This document shows positions 40,421-53,060 of a DNA stretch of 64,000 nt, piece by piece (the first letter of the stretch is position 1; each line of letters opens with the position of its first letter). The position numbers were made by a program, and so were the translations under genes. The stretch is from Camelus ferus (lineage: Eukaryota), in assembly GCF_009834535.1 (NCBI RefSeq), contig NC_045707.1:56856001-56920000 (forward strand), given 5' to 3'. The notes beneath the pieces are model-generated. The model saw nothing but the letters and a program-made list of their open reading frames with translations. It had not been told where the DNA came from and searched no databases.

Positions 40421-41344
40421 GGAAATAGCAATTGACTTTGGCACTATTTATCACATACTGTGTGAGGTTACAAATACACAAACCCAGATAATTCCATTTT
40501 AAAAGTAATCCATAATAAATATTATTATGATAAACTCCAAACAGCATTTTGTGTGATATATACCTACAGCTAAAAATTGTACAGGTTTAAGGAGAATGTT
40601 ACTTATACAAGGTCTTGAAATATTTCTTTAAATATACTATTTCATGCGATTGGACATACTGTAGGTCTCTGGATGGTTCATCATAGCAGTGAAAGCAACG
40701 TCACCGTAAACAATCAGAGTTACACGCATGTGAGTGTACGGATACAGTCTCTCCTACTGCCTGCTTTGTAGTGTGAGTCTGTCTATAATTAGCTAATCAG
40801 TTTAAGTAGTTCTTACTAATTTAATTTTCTTCTCCATTTCCTATTAATAGATTGTCACAGTTGACTTACCTGATGTAATTAATAGCTTGGAAACTACATT
40901 TTGACTGCTGAAAGGCATCATTAAAATGAATCTTTAAATATTTTCAAGCTATTTAATTTCCTTTCTTAAAGACAGATTGAAGAGAGTAGAATTAATTTGA
41001 AGAGAATGAGTTCCACTATAACATTAATATAACCTGTAGTTATTTTAATTGATCAATTTAAGAATTCATTCAATTAATTATCTCATATATTTTTAATCTT
41101 CTGAAAGTATATTCTTACTCTAATTAAAGTAATTATCATTAAGTGGTGGGACATTTTATGAGGAAAAATTAAAAAGAGGAAGCATTTCAAGTATATACAT
41201 TCAAATTCCATGATATATAACAAAAAGAACAGTATACCTTTGTATTTCTTGTGCATGACTGACTTTACAAAATAGATGTTTTCATTTACCTTTAGTGGAT
41301 AATTGTAAGGGTTTGCTTTATCTTAGAATTGCAATTCTAGATGA

Positions 41345-42190
41345 CTCATTTATTCAGCAACGTATTTGAGCACCTATAATGTGACAGCCAGTGTTCTAGT
41401 TAAATTAAGGAATTATTACAATATAGCTATGTCATTTATTTACTCAGTAAATATATGTTGAACTCATAGTACATGACAGACAATACTGTACATTCTGGGG
41501 AAACAACAGTGAACAAATCAGTCTTTGGCCTCAGGAAAATTACAGTCAAGTGAAAAAAGAAGCAGATGGATAGATAGGTGTTATGGAAAATTTTAAGGCA
41601 GGAAAAGTGATTTAGAAAGTGCTGGAGAAGAGAAGGAGATGCCTAGAAAGGTGAAGATGTCTGTAGGATTATAAGGATAGGTTATAGTGTCTAAGATGGG
41701 TACTAGGGATGTGAGGACATGAGAATGAGGAGATGATCTATGTTGGATGTAGGTCCTTCTAGCTCTGGAGAATTGTTGAGTTTTGGTATTTGAGGGAATA
41801 TTTAGAAATACAGAAGATGGTATATAGAGATGAAATGTTTACAATTGAGATTATGGTAATTGGGGTTTTGCTATTGATGTTAGCCGGACATGCAGGACCT
41901 TGAAAGTGGGTGGCTAAGATGTGGTTTAGGATCAAATCATTGAGAAAGAGAAGGTCAGGATTCTTCTGTATGACCATTGAATCATCAATACTTCTCACCG
42001 GAAAAAATACAGTGGTTTTGAGCCAGATGTTAAAATATTTAAAGTATGAGGGAAAGTTGTTAAAACACATCTTTAAATTACTATAACAAAGAAAGATAGC
42101 AGGCATTGTAGCCTGAGAGTTTGGGCTTCAAAACTGGAAGTTTTTCAGGAAGGCAATAGTCTGGAAGTGGCAATGAAGAGTAGGAACTCC
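41345..42190 (-). mobile_element. L2 fragments (two 3' termini plus internal part)
   Basis: tcatttattcagcaacgtatttgagcacctataatgtg; aacaacagtgaacaaatcagtctttggcctcagga; gcaatagtctggaagtggcaatga. Confidence 0.6.
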
Positions 42191-42249
42191 TATACTAGAA
42201 ATTTCATGGGGCACCTATAGTACTTCCATAACAAACTATCATTACTAGT

Positions 42250-42835
42250 TTATCTGGTGGGCACAGTGGATTGGTGCACAACACCATCCCAACCTCCTTC
42301 TAATGAGCCTTTTTGAGTAGCAGAATGTGGGTGGCTACAACCTACATTTTCAAGATTCTCTTGCAGCCAGGGTCCTGATGCGATTTGATTTAGGTTCAGT
42401 CTCATGACCTCTCAAGTTCTCTTTCTGTGGCTCAGCTGACAAGCACAGCAGAGAGGTATGCAGGGCTTCTGTGGCAGTGCTAGCGGTCTTAGCATCTTGC
42501 TGACCACTTTGTGGAAGCTGAGAGACGGGGCATGCAGCACAGATCTCCCTGGTTCAGCTGCAGCAGGTACCCTGTGCTTATGGAGCTGCCACTGCTGTTG
42601 TTTTCCTGACCACATTAGAGGTGTCTGAAAGTTGGAGATGTCCTGTTGGGGGAAAAGACAGCAGGTCTCCTGTATCCTTGTTCTGTGGGATAGCCTTAAG
42701 ATTAATTACTAAATATTTAACCTAAAGTCTAGTTTTTTATCTCCACCCTCCCCTAGCAACTCAATCACTTAATATGCTGTGACTAACTAACTAGAGTGGA
42801 TTCTGACCTCTCTAATAGAACCCTCTCTAATAGAA
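42250..42835 (+). mobile_element. ERVL-type solo LTR (LTR40/41-like)
   Basis: ctacattttcaagattctcttgcagccagggt and terminal taactagagtggattctg...gaaccctctctaataga. Confidence 0.5.
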
Positions 42836-43183
42836 AAATGTCTAACTATGATGAATCCCACATGGTAGCTATACAGGGAGGAGTTAAAGAAAAAATGTTA
42901 CATAAATTATTTCATTTAGCTTCTCTTTTGATCATAAAGCCTTCCTTTTGGCTCTACAAAATGTAAGGGTAATTATTTTAACATATTTTCCTCTGCATTT
43001 GGTAGAATTTCATGTCTGGCATTATAAATAAATATCATTCATTAATGATCTAGTTACCTGTATACTTCACTAAGAGACATATTAAGTGATCTACATCTTC
43101 CAGGTGCATGTCTTTTCTTAATTAACCTTCTAAAACAGTTAACACAAGAAAGGACACATTTATATAAAATACAACAAAACAGC

Positions 43184-43595
43184 TGCATTGCTTTGCTGAG
43201 GTTTCTCTAACAAAGTATTAAACTGGGTGGCTTAAACAGTAGAAATGTGTTGTCTTACAGTTCTGGATGCTCAGAGTCTGAAATCAAGCTGTTGGCAGGG
43301 TTGATTCCTTTTAAGAGCTGTATGGGAGAATCTGATCCATGCTTCTTGTTGCCTTAGGGATTCCTTGGCTCTAGACAGTTTTCTTCCTGTGTCTTCACAT
43401 TGTGATTCTTCTGTAAGAATCTATCTCTCTATCCCTATTTATAAGGACACAATCATGTTGGATTAGGGCCCAACAAATGACTTTATCTTAGTGTGATCAT
43501 CTGCAAAGATCTTATTTCCAAATAAGGTCACGTTCATAGGTACTGAGGGTAAGAACTTCAACATCTTTTGGGGGAACACAATTCAACCCGTAACA
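43184..43595 (-). mobile_element. MaLR solo LTR (MLT1B-like)
   Basis: aactgggtggcttaaacagtagaaat...cagttctgga...ataaggacacaatcatgttggattagggccca...ttatttccaaataaggtcacgttc...cacaattcaacccgtaaca. Confidence 0.88.
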
Positions 43596-43599
43596 ATAA

Positions 43600-43870
43600 C
43601 CAAATAAAAATATTAATGTCTGGTAACTGAAAGGTAAGTGTATATAGTAGAGTTGATAAAGAGACAAGGACATTGTATGTTTTAAGTAATTTACTAATTC
43701 AATCTCAATAAGGACCCTGGTAGGAAATATCCTCATTTTGTCAGTGACTAGACTGTGTTTCCAGGTATTTGAATAATTTGGCCAAGGTTAAACAAACATA
43801 AAGACAGTATTTGAATTCTGAAATTCTAAAACTAATCTATGTGAAACAAATCCAATACACTTTTCTACTC
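43600..43870 (-). mobile_element. MIR fragment
   Basis: ccctggtaggaaatatcctcattttgtcagtga...aataatttggccaaggttaaaca. Confidence 0.5.
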
Positions 43871-43979
43871 TTCTATACTATTTTCCCAAAATAGGCATCT
43901 ACATAAGAATTATAAATCTAGAAAGTATCCTTTCTTGGATTTTCACAATCTTCATGAAAAGATATGATATTGTAAGAAT

Positions 43980-44480
43980 TATTTCATTAGGACAGGAAAT
44001 TTGGTTTGCTGGTAATTTAAAGTCCTTCCAGGTACATGATGCTGGTATGGTGGAAACTTTGGTAAGAGTTTCAGTAGGAGATGATGAGGAGACTGGGAAA
44101 AGAGAGAAGGAATAAGATCTCAGACATATATCTGGGGTAAATTTTATACATATGCATGGTTTATTGGATGTGTAGCAATGAGAAAAATGTTGAGTCTCAG
44201 ATTTCTGATTTGAAAATAGGAAGTCAGTCATGAAAGCATCCACATGTCATAGAACCATTTAAAAAAGAGAAGGTATAGAGAAGGTAAATTTTGAGGACAT
44301 TGAGTTTGAGATGACTTTGAAACATTCACATGATGTGCACAAGGAAGTTCAAATATAAGAATCTATGTTGATGGGAGAAGCCAATGACAGTCTTCAGAGG
44401 CCTGGACTGAGCATCAGAGTAAACACTGAAGAGCAGCCAATTCTAAATATGAGTCAGAAATCAGAGAAAAAGATGATGAA
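43980..44480 (-). mobile_element. L2 fragment
   Basis: ttattggatgtgtagcaatgaga...ggacattgagtttgagatgactttgaaacattca. Confidence 0.55.
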
Positions 44481-46284
44481 GCTGAAATAATTGTAGCAAA
44501 ATATTTAGAATTTTTTACTATTAACATAATTAATTTAATTATGTAAGCACAGTATGTTGATCAATATAAATAATAAGCATTTGGATTAACGTATTACTTG
44601 CACTCATTAGAGTGTGTTGATATACATGTTGGTTAATCCTGAAGATTTCTGAGAAACAACAGGTTTTGCCCTATTTATAAGATACCTTACGATTTACTTT
44701 TTGTCAGTGATTCAGTACAACAAGCCGGTGGGAAAGAGGTGTGTAGCTGTATTGTCGACTCCATTACTGTTGAGTTAGCATTATCTACTACTTTTCAAGT
44801 GCCAAATACTGCTCATTACAAATAAAGTATAATTTTAATTGTCAGTTCATTTTTATAATGATTTAAAAATACTTAGAAGCAAACTAGTGTTATAAAATTC
44901 ATGGAGGAGTCAGTAATGGGAACATGTTACACTTTCTCATTAATTTTTTTTTAGTTTTCACATTTATGATCTCACAGATTAAAGTTAATAGCAGGAAAAA
45001 ACACTGAAGGAATGCCCAAAAATGCATAAGAAGAAAAACACTGAGAATCCATAAGCGATTCTTCTTTATTTTTATTAAACAAAAGCTTAAGTGGCAACTT
45101 AAAGGTAAAATGTCATTGAATAACAAATGAGTTAATTTATTTCTACAATCTGTTATCAAGGAAAGGACAGTGGGTTGAAGAAAGGAAAAAGGCTAAACTA
45201 TGCTGGATAGTTTAGTATATTTACTATAAGAAATAAAAAATCAAATTTATTATTGTATATACATAATTATTTTGAATTTCCAACTTTGTCAGTAATGTAG
45301 AATTTAGTTGTATCAGAATACCATTCCTAAAGGTTTTTTTTTTCCTGATTTCATGGACTTAATAAAGTGTCTACTTACATGTGAATAAGTTATAAGAGAG
45401 TTCATTCCTCCAAAAAGATCCTAACTTTCTATGGGTGAAAGGGCTCATTTAAAAAACTACTTCTGAAAGAGTTAAAATAGCGTATCCTAACTTAAAGTTA
45501 ATTCATTTCCTCTGATGATTGCAAAAGAGAAGTTATAGGCATTTGTCATTATACAGCAACCCAGTACGTGAATTACTATCGTAGGATGTAGAAGTCAAGG
45601 CCTTCATTCTGCTCCTTGCAAATTACTTACATTAGTCTGCTCCCAGGGTAAAGGGAAGGGAAGGTGTTCTAGATGACAGCATCAGTAGGAGTGTACACGT
45701 GGGTAGGGCTTACAGGAAAGAAACAACTTTCTGAGCAGGTCTGCTTGTTGCACTGACTATACACACTGGGTTTGTACGGAAGGATTTAGGGGAGGAATCT
45801 GGGCTGGACGGAAAAGCGTAGGGCCAGTTAATAGATACAGTTTTTACTTAGATTCGAGGAGTTCTATCAAAACAGACTTACAAAGATTTTCTGTCTGTTC
45901 TCACAATTCCAATTCAGTCTGCTCATGTTGTACTGACTCAGGGTGTCTTCAAGAAATAATCATATAAATAAATGAGAAGAGAAACTAATATTTTCATATC
46001 ACTTTTATTTTATTTTATTGTTGTTTCTTTCATTTGTTTTTTATAGAGGTACTGAGGTTTAATAGTGGTACTGAGAGAAAAAATCATATATAAGATAGGC
46101 TGCTAATTTATTGCTATTTAAATGTCACAAATGAGAAGTAACTCAAGATTCATTTGATACATTGCTAGTGGCAAACTGATCTTGAAAGCTCACCTACCTA
46201 TCTGTGCTTGGTTATTCTACATTTACTATGTTATTGATCTATTTCAAACGACATAAGTTCTTAAAAATACATAAAATTTTAAAA

Positions 46285-46765
46285 TGAAAGTAAATGTTAA
46301 TTTCCTAGTTTGATAAATGTACTGGACTATGTAAGATGTTGATATTAAGAAAATCAGGATGAAGGCTATATGGGAACTATATGTTTAGAACTCCTTGAGA
46401 AGAAAATAAAACTGTCTTTGTTCACAGATGACATAATAGTCTCTATAGAAAATCATTAAAAAGAAAAACTGGAACTAATAAGAAAGGAGGTAGATTACAA
46501 GGCTAACATACAAAACTCAATTGCTTTCCTGTATACCAACAATGAACAAGTGGAATTTAAAATTAAAAACACAATACCATTCACATTAACACCCCCAAAA
46601 TGAAATATTTAGGCATAAATCTAACAAAATATATACAAGATCTATATGAGGAAAAGTACAAAACTGATGAATGAAATCAAAGAACCAAATCAATGGAGAG
46701 ATAGTTCATGTTCATGGAAGGAGCCCATCTATAAATCTAAAATTATTTCATAGTAAACAGTTAAG
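46285..46765 (+). mobile_element. L1MC-type 3' terminus split by an internal L1 ORF2 fragment
   Basis: aatgttaatttcctagtttgataaatgtactggactatgtaagatgtt...tatatgggaact, resuming at tctataaatctaaaattatttc; the same motifs are contiguous at 58925-59060. Confidence 0.7.
46397..46720 (+). mobile_element. L1 ORF2 reverse-transcriptase-domain fragment
   Basis: Translates to IKLSLFTDDIIVSIEN (L1 RT motif VKLSLFADDMIVYLEN), then KYLGINLTK; disrupted by indels. Confidence 0.88.
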
Positions 46766-46829
46766 GAAGCAAACCATTTTAGAAAAAAGCTAAAATTATA
46801 CAAGAAAATTCAATAAAACTAAAACACAC

Positions 46830-47130
46830 ACACATCTATTTATTTTAACGATTGTATAGGATTCTATTGTGTGGATGTATAATAATGTATATAATCATAC
46901 ATGAATTAATGCGCATGCAGTTTTTTTCTGTGTTTTTCTGCTGGCACAAACGGTGGTGCAGTGAGCATACATTTACATAACTTTTAAATAATTTTAACAA
47001 TATATGGTAGGATAAATTCCTAGAAGCAGAATTAAGTCAGAGAGTATCTGCATTTTGAATTTTGATAAATATTACCAAGTTGCTTTCCAAAGAAAAGTGT
47101 GACTTAACATTTCCCTAGTTGAATGTGTGC
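46830..47130 (-). mobile_element. Old L1ME fragment
   Basis: ttctattgtgtggatgtataataat...taggataaattcctagaagcagaatt...ttttgaattttgataaatattaccaagttgctttcca. Confidence 0.65.
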
Positions 47131-48152
47131 CTACTCTGCTTAAATAACCTTATAAATGATATATGTGACATTGATGACCTTATATATGAAATCTATGACA
47201 CTATCAGGAAACATTGGCTTCCTTTTACAAATGAGTAAAGTGTATTTCTAGTCACTTAGGTTAATTATTTTTATGTTTATTGCCCTTTTGTGTTACTTGG
47301 TAAACTCTCTTTTCTGCCTGATACCCAGTTTTACAAAACAAATTTGGGTTAGTTTTTAAAAAATCAATATATTCATGCTTCAAAAAATTTATTTGTAAAT
47401 TTTCATTGTGTTGAGTTAATCTTACCAAGCCCTTATTTTTCATTGGTAGACACTTACACTGTTTGCAAATAACGTACAATGAATTTTGTGTCTATTTAAA
47501 TTTTAATACTATTTACACAGCCCCACACAAAAATGAATCAGAGCATTGGCTTTTTGGTTTCTGGGTTTTATTTTTTTTCCCAAGTCTCTTTCGAAGACAT
47601 TAAGGAGTAAGATGCATATACTTTCAAATATCATATTCTATTTTGTTAGAAAGAAAGTATTAAGACTTCCCATCTTAGCTGTTAGATTATTTTAGGAAAG
47701 GAGCCTTGATGGTATTTGAAATATGATAAATGCCTTTATCACATACAAAGTTACACTTACACTCATGATGAAGGAAAAAAGCAGATGATCAAAGCCCATA
47801 ACAATAAAGTACTGTATTAGAAAAAGAAGCATGCTGATGACAAGCTCATGGACATAGAGTGGTTCATTGCTAATTTGCAAGGCACCTTGGAAAACTCGGT
47901 CCATGTTAAATGTGCGTTTATTATTAATTGTCCTCTTTGGTAAACCTAACTTAAATAATTAAAATATTCTTTGAAACTTTAAGCCTTTTTTGTTTTTGAA
48001 ACTGAATACTGCAATTTCTAGATATTTACATGTACTAGCACATCAGTACAATCTCTTTTCAACTCACTTATAATACATGTGCATAATAGCCCATCTTGAA
48101 ACGTATCCGTTTTTAGTATATTTACTCCATAGAAATCACTGTAAGTTCCCCC

Positions 48153-48217
48153 ACCAACTTTACTGAAATAAAATTGACATATAACAGTGTGTAAGTTTAA
48201 GGTGTACAGATGATTTC
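48153..48217 (-). mobile_element. Short L1M 3' terminus
   Basis: caactttactgaaataaaattgacatataacagtgtgtaagtttaaggtgtaca. Confidence 0.6.
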
Positions 48218-48284
48218 ACAAGCTCTGCTTTTGTGTCCATACTAAGCCAACTGAATAAACTCTGCTAGGCAATTTTTTTCATAC

Positions 48285-48720
48285 CATAATTATGTATTGA
48301 GCCTCTAACTTGGGTTAAGCTTTGTGCTGGGCACTGGAAAAAATCACTAAAACACAGTACCTGACCTTGAACAAGTGGCAGTCTAGGGGGAAGTCAGTCG
48401 AGGAAAGCTGTAATGACATCAGAGGCATGTGTAGGAAAGGGACCACAGGTCCAACTGGAAAAGAGTAAAAAAAGTTTCCTAGAGAAGGTGACAACTATGG
48501 GGAAGTTTAAAGGAAGATTAGAAGTCATTTCAAGGGAAAATTGTGTTCCAAGTTGGGGTATAGCATCACAAGTCTATAAAGTAGACATTTCAAGGAATGG
48601 TTTGGCTGGGACAGAAGTGGAGATGAGCCAGTCTGTCTAGTGTCTTTTGTGGCAGTATGAGGAGTTTAGATCTTGTTATACAAACACTGGGGAGACGTTA
48701 AGGGATTTCAAGTGAGGGAT
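48285..48720 (-). mobile_element. L2 fragment
   Basis: tgtattgagcctcta...tgtgctgggcactgg...cagtctagggggaag...ggagtttagatctt...ttaagggatttcaag. Confidence 0.65.
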
Positions 48721-48866
48721 GGTAAGGCAACATCTACTAAGTATTAGACACGTTGTTAGCTAATGTGCTGACATTGATGGACACTACAGAAAAAAGAACA
48801 AAAAGCAGGCAGAAAACCAAAAAATCACATTGTGCATCTCAATAGGCAGCTACAGGATTCAATTTA

Positions 48867-49216
48867 CAATTGGCCCCTTGTATCCTCAGGTTCCACTTCT
48901 GAGTATTCAACTAAGGGCAGATCAAAATTATTTGGAAAAAAAAATTTTTTAAAGTTCCAAAAAGCAAAACTTGAATTTGCCACAGGCTGGCAATGGTTTA
49001 CATGGCATTTACATTGTATATACAACTATTTGCATAGTATTTACATTTTATTAGGTATTATAAATAATCTAGAAATGCTTTATAGTATACAGAAAGTTGT
49101 GCCTAGGTTATTTGCAAACACCATGCTATTTTATATAAAGGACTTGAGCATCCTCGGATTTTGGTATCTGTGTGGGTCCTGGAACCAGTCCCCCTAGGAC
49201 ACTGAGGGATAGCTGT
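48867..49216 (+). mobile_element. TcMar-Tigger MITE (Tigger3/MER2 family), near full length
   Basis: TA-flanked, about 350 bp, degenerate TIRs caattggccccttgtatcc / ggacactgagggatagctg; internal ttattaggtattataaataatctaga and ttttatataaaggacttgagcatcc. Confidence 0.88.
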
Positions 49217-50479
49217 ACTACAGTGATTGTAGCTCTTATTTATTTAGTACTGTATGTTTTCATTTTAAATGCTTTTCATGCCTTGTTTTATTTGAGCTGC
49301 ACCAGAATCCTGTGAGATTAGTCTATTTTCTTTTTTTTTAATGAGCAAATAAATATAGTCTACTGCTTAATTTTGCACTACTAAAAGAGAATGCAAATGA
49401 CCCTTCCTTTGAATAGAGAATGTCTGCTTGTGTAGGTGTGCTTGATCTATCAAGATAAACAACCAGCTCAGGAGTTGGAAATGGTAGGTCCTTTAAAGGA
49501 CTCCTTACCAGGTATCCAACTGTAAATATTCATTCATTTGATAATTTTAATTTTTGCATTGAGCATTAATTATGTTCCTGATACTGACTTATAGGTGCTG
49601 GAGACATGAAAGTGAACAACACAATTCTTTCCCTCATAGATGCTCCAGTATAGAGGGGAGCTTTATGCAACTTCGAGTGTAGTCTTGTGTATTCAAAATA
49701 TTCTTTTCCAGTGCTTTACAAAACAATATTATTTAGGAATATTTTTCTTTACCATTTAATTTACATGATTATAAATTGTATTTTAATCAAATTTAATTAT
49801 GGACATAATTGCATTTAAATCTTGACCTTGCATTTCAGATTATTTCCTTATAATGATTTCCTGGAGGATGTATTATTTGCTTAACAAACAGTTTTGCACA
49901 GGGTTGTATCAGTTAACACTCCCATTAGCAAAGTGTTGGATAGCAGTGATGAGAGGTTTTATAATTTTTTTTTCGAATGTAAATTTTATGTCTTGACGTA
50001 TTGTTGGAAAGTGTTCAAAGATAGGTCAAAGTGGTCACAAAGTTGCCCCCAGAATTTTTCAGAATCTTCTTTGCATGCCAGGGAGTTTTCAGCTTTCATT
50101 GTTTTGCTTAAAAGTTTTTCAAAAATTTTTATTGCTAAAAGTGACTATTTTCAGAAAATCTGTCATTTACTTTATAATGAAAATCTTACAATTTTCCTTT
50201 TCCTAGTAAATTATTGTTGTAGATTTAACAACTGCACATCTATCTTACTTCCATTTGAAGATTATGAAAGAGATGAAGACAAAAAACAGGGAAAAAATAA
50301 AAGGCAGCCTATTAGAATATTTTAATAGTCACACCCTGGAGCTGAATAAGACTTGACCTTCTTTTTATTCTTTTGAGTCATATTTTCTTTGCAATAGCAG
50401 GTTTTTTAAAGATTTTTTTCTTTTATAATGACTATACAGAATTAGTTCATCATAAACACTGATTTGAAAAAAAAAAACA

Positions 50480-50690
50480 AATAGTATATGTGAAGACTCT
50501 GGTGTTACACCCTGTGTTTAAATCCCTGCCACACACATTTGTGACTTTCTGTGCCTCTTCTGTTTTCATTAAAACTGACATAATCATGAAACATCTCATG
50601 GTGTTGTTTTTAGAACTAGACACATACAGTCTATAAAGAGCTTTGAATAGTATTTTGTACCTAATAGGTGATTAATAAATGTTAAATACA
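50480..50690 (+). mobile_element. MIR SINE
   Basis: gactctggtgttacaccctgtgtttaaatccctgccac...ctgtgcctcttctgttttcat...taataggtgattaataaatgtta. Confidence 0.6.
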
Positions 50691-52349
50691 GGATTATGTA
50701 TTTTTCTTTTAAAATTTGGTTCAGTAGTCAGTGATTTCAGTTATCAATGATTGTTGCTGTACTGATAAACTAAAAGTTAAAAGTATCAAATTCAAACATA
50801 AAAACAAATGTGAATTTTTATGTGAATATTGAAATATTAACACATAGACAAGTTTAAGGTTCAAATTACCTGAAGCTCATGAGCATATTTCTGAGTAGTT
50901 ATTATCTCTATATATACATAATATGTGTACATACACACACACTTACACATTCAATTGAGATTTTAAATGTGTGTGAAGATAACTTTTGGAATCTGCCTAG
51001 TGAAGAAACTAAAATAATAAAGCACAGGCAATTAGGTGGTTGGAATAGTCAGGTAGCACTTTATCTGTGAAATACGTACCTTTCTTTTTTCCTCTTCTAG
51101 TCTTCTTTACATCTAACAGAATATAATAGTTCTGAATTTTTAAAAATGTTCACAGTACATCTGATGAAGAAAGACAAGGTTGAGTTTCACAGAAACTATC
51201 TTAAGTTCTTTGTTGTCAGGGAAAAGGGAGAATATTTTCTTTAAAGGTGGTGTCTGGCTTCCTCTTTTGTTCAAGCTGTCGTTTCAGAACTCTGACCTGT
51301 CCAGAATCCACAGAAGCCACATTTGATTGTGGGAGTGAGGAGAGGTGACCTGGAGCTTTGAGCTTGGAGCAGAGAGAAACCAAAGACTGAGTTTCACACC
51401 AGAAGACTTTATACAATTTCAAGTTTAAAGAGAAAGTTGGGAATCAAGAGCTAAAATTGTGATGGAGGGTCCTTAGATGGAATTGGGTAGAGTGAGCAGG
51501 TTCAGAAAGCAAGGCCTGGAACTATTCCCTGAAGCGAAAGGACATGGTTAAGTGGGAGCCATATGGGTCCTAAGATCCTTGAGACCTAGAATTTTGACCT
51601 TGGTATGTGTTCTCAGACCAAAGGTGGGAGAAAAGGATGATGGAATAGATACCCTTAGTAATATAATTTGGAAGCCTTCCCTCATCAACAGGAGGACTAA
51701 GGTGAAAACCTTCTTTCTTTACAATTTTCCAATTCCTGCATAATATCTGAAGGCTATGAACCACTGTGGAGGGGCACTACCCAGACTTCCACCATCCATA
51801 CATCCCAACACTTCACTAGGTATTAATAAACAGATAGCTCTGCTTTGGTTTGGACTCCAATGAAGTGGCCTTGTTTCTGTTCTTTAAAATTCATATAAAA
51901 TATACTCTTGTTATTTGTAATTTTTTAATCTTTAAAATGTCCCTACCATAGTTTTTCATTTGATTGTTGCAAATAATACGTAAAAATATAGGATTTGTAT
52001 AATGAACTTTATTTCAGAAATGAAAAGCATATATATATACACAGATGATAAAGTTAACACCATACTGTAAAGTTTAATAGTGCGTGACTAGAATCCAGAT
52101 CTAAGGGCCTTAGGACTTATTTATGTCACTAGTAGGAATAAAGGCCATGGTATTATTATTTTTAAAATTCCTAGCACTAAGAAATCCATCAGCATATGGA
52201 TATAAATTTAGGAACCTCTGGTTAGCTGACAGGCTGCAAATTCAATGCCAGATGTCCTCTGTTCTAGTCTCAGACCTACCACAGTCTATGTGAGATTGGG
52301 TTGGTCCCTCACCCTCTCATAGATTGTTCTCCATCTAAAACTAATTATA

Positions 52350-52640
52350 CTTTGGGTTTTGAGCAAAGGAGAGACATGAGTGTCTTATGTTTTAAAAGGA
52401 GCTCTCTAGCTACTATGCTGAGAGTAGAAAAAGTTGAAGTGGAAGCAGAAATCAGTTAAGGCTATTGCAATCATCCAGAAGAAAGATAAGGATGGCCTGG
52501 ACCAGCATGGTTGCTGGAAAGGAAATGAGAAGTGGTTATATTCTGGATGTACTTTGAAATGTAGAGCCATCAGAATTTTCTAATATATTAAATAAAATGA
52601 AAGACAGAAATCAAGGGTAATTTCAAGTTTTTTGCCCTTG
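52350..52640 (-). mobile_element. L2 fragment
   Basis: gggttttgagcaaaggagagacatga...ggctattgcaatcatccag...gagaagtggttatattctggat. Confidence 0.75.
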
Positions 52641-53060
52641 GCTATACCTTAAAAAAAAACTTAGGTTAAGTATTGAATACTAAAACGTTACTTCACAGGT
52701 ACATGTACAATTCAATTAAAAATATTCCCCAGATATTTAAATAAGAATTTCAGCCCGGGTTTTAGCTGTATTCAGCTTATTAACTGTATTTAACTATGTT
52801 TAGCTTGATTTTGAGTTAATTTCATTTGATTCTTGCAAATAATACACGAAAAAATATAGGATTTGTACTATGAACTTTATAGATATAGATTGAGGAAAAT
52901 GCTACTTTGCTAGCAATCTATCAATCCAAAACAGGGGAGTTTTTCTTACTAAAACCTACAAGAAAATAAACAATGATAAACCTCCATTTATACTTTTGTC
53001 TTAAGCCCTGCAAACTTGATGGGCAAGCCTGCAGCCAGATGCTAGAAAACAAGTACTAAC

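Noticed and set aside
46000..46078. T-rich tract plus gaggtactgagg resembling the antisense 3' end of a camelid tRNA-derived SINE
   Set aside because: Only about 15 informative bases and no A/B boxes; too short to call.
47764..47810. Alternate frame TLLLWALIICFFPSS* resembling SCPP-family (PRR27/SMR3) signal peptides
   Set aside because: No in-frame ATG, a stop before the donor, and no downstream Pro-rich exon seen.
47765..47837. Box C (ATGATGA) and box D (CTGA) spaced like a C/D snoRNA
   Set aside because: No convincing terminal stem and no recognisable rRNA or snRNA guide; the motifs are short.
48832..49197. 121-aa ORF
   Set aside because: Lies almost wholly within a non-coding Tigger MITE and has a non-ATG start.
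49894..50325. 143-aa ORF
   Set aside because: TTG start, F/L/K/I-rich composition typical of AT-rich non-coding DNA, no recognisable domain.
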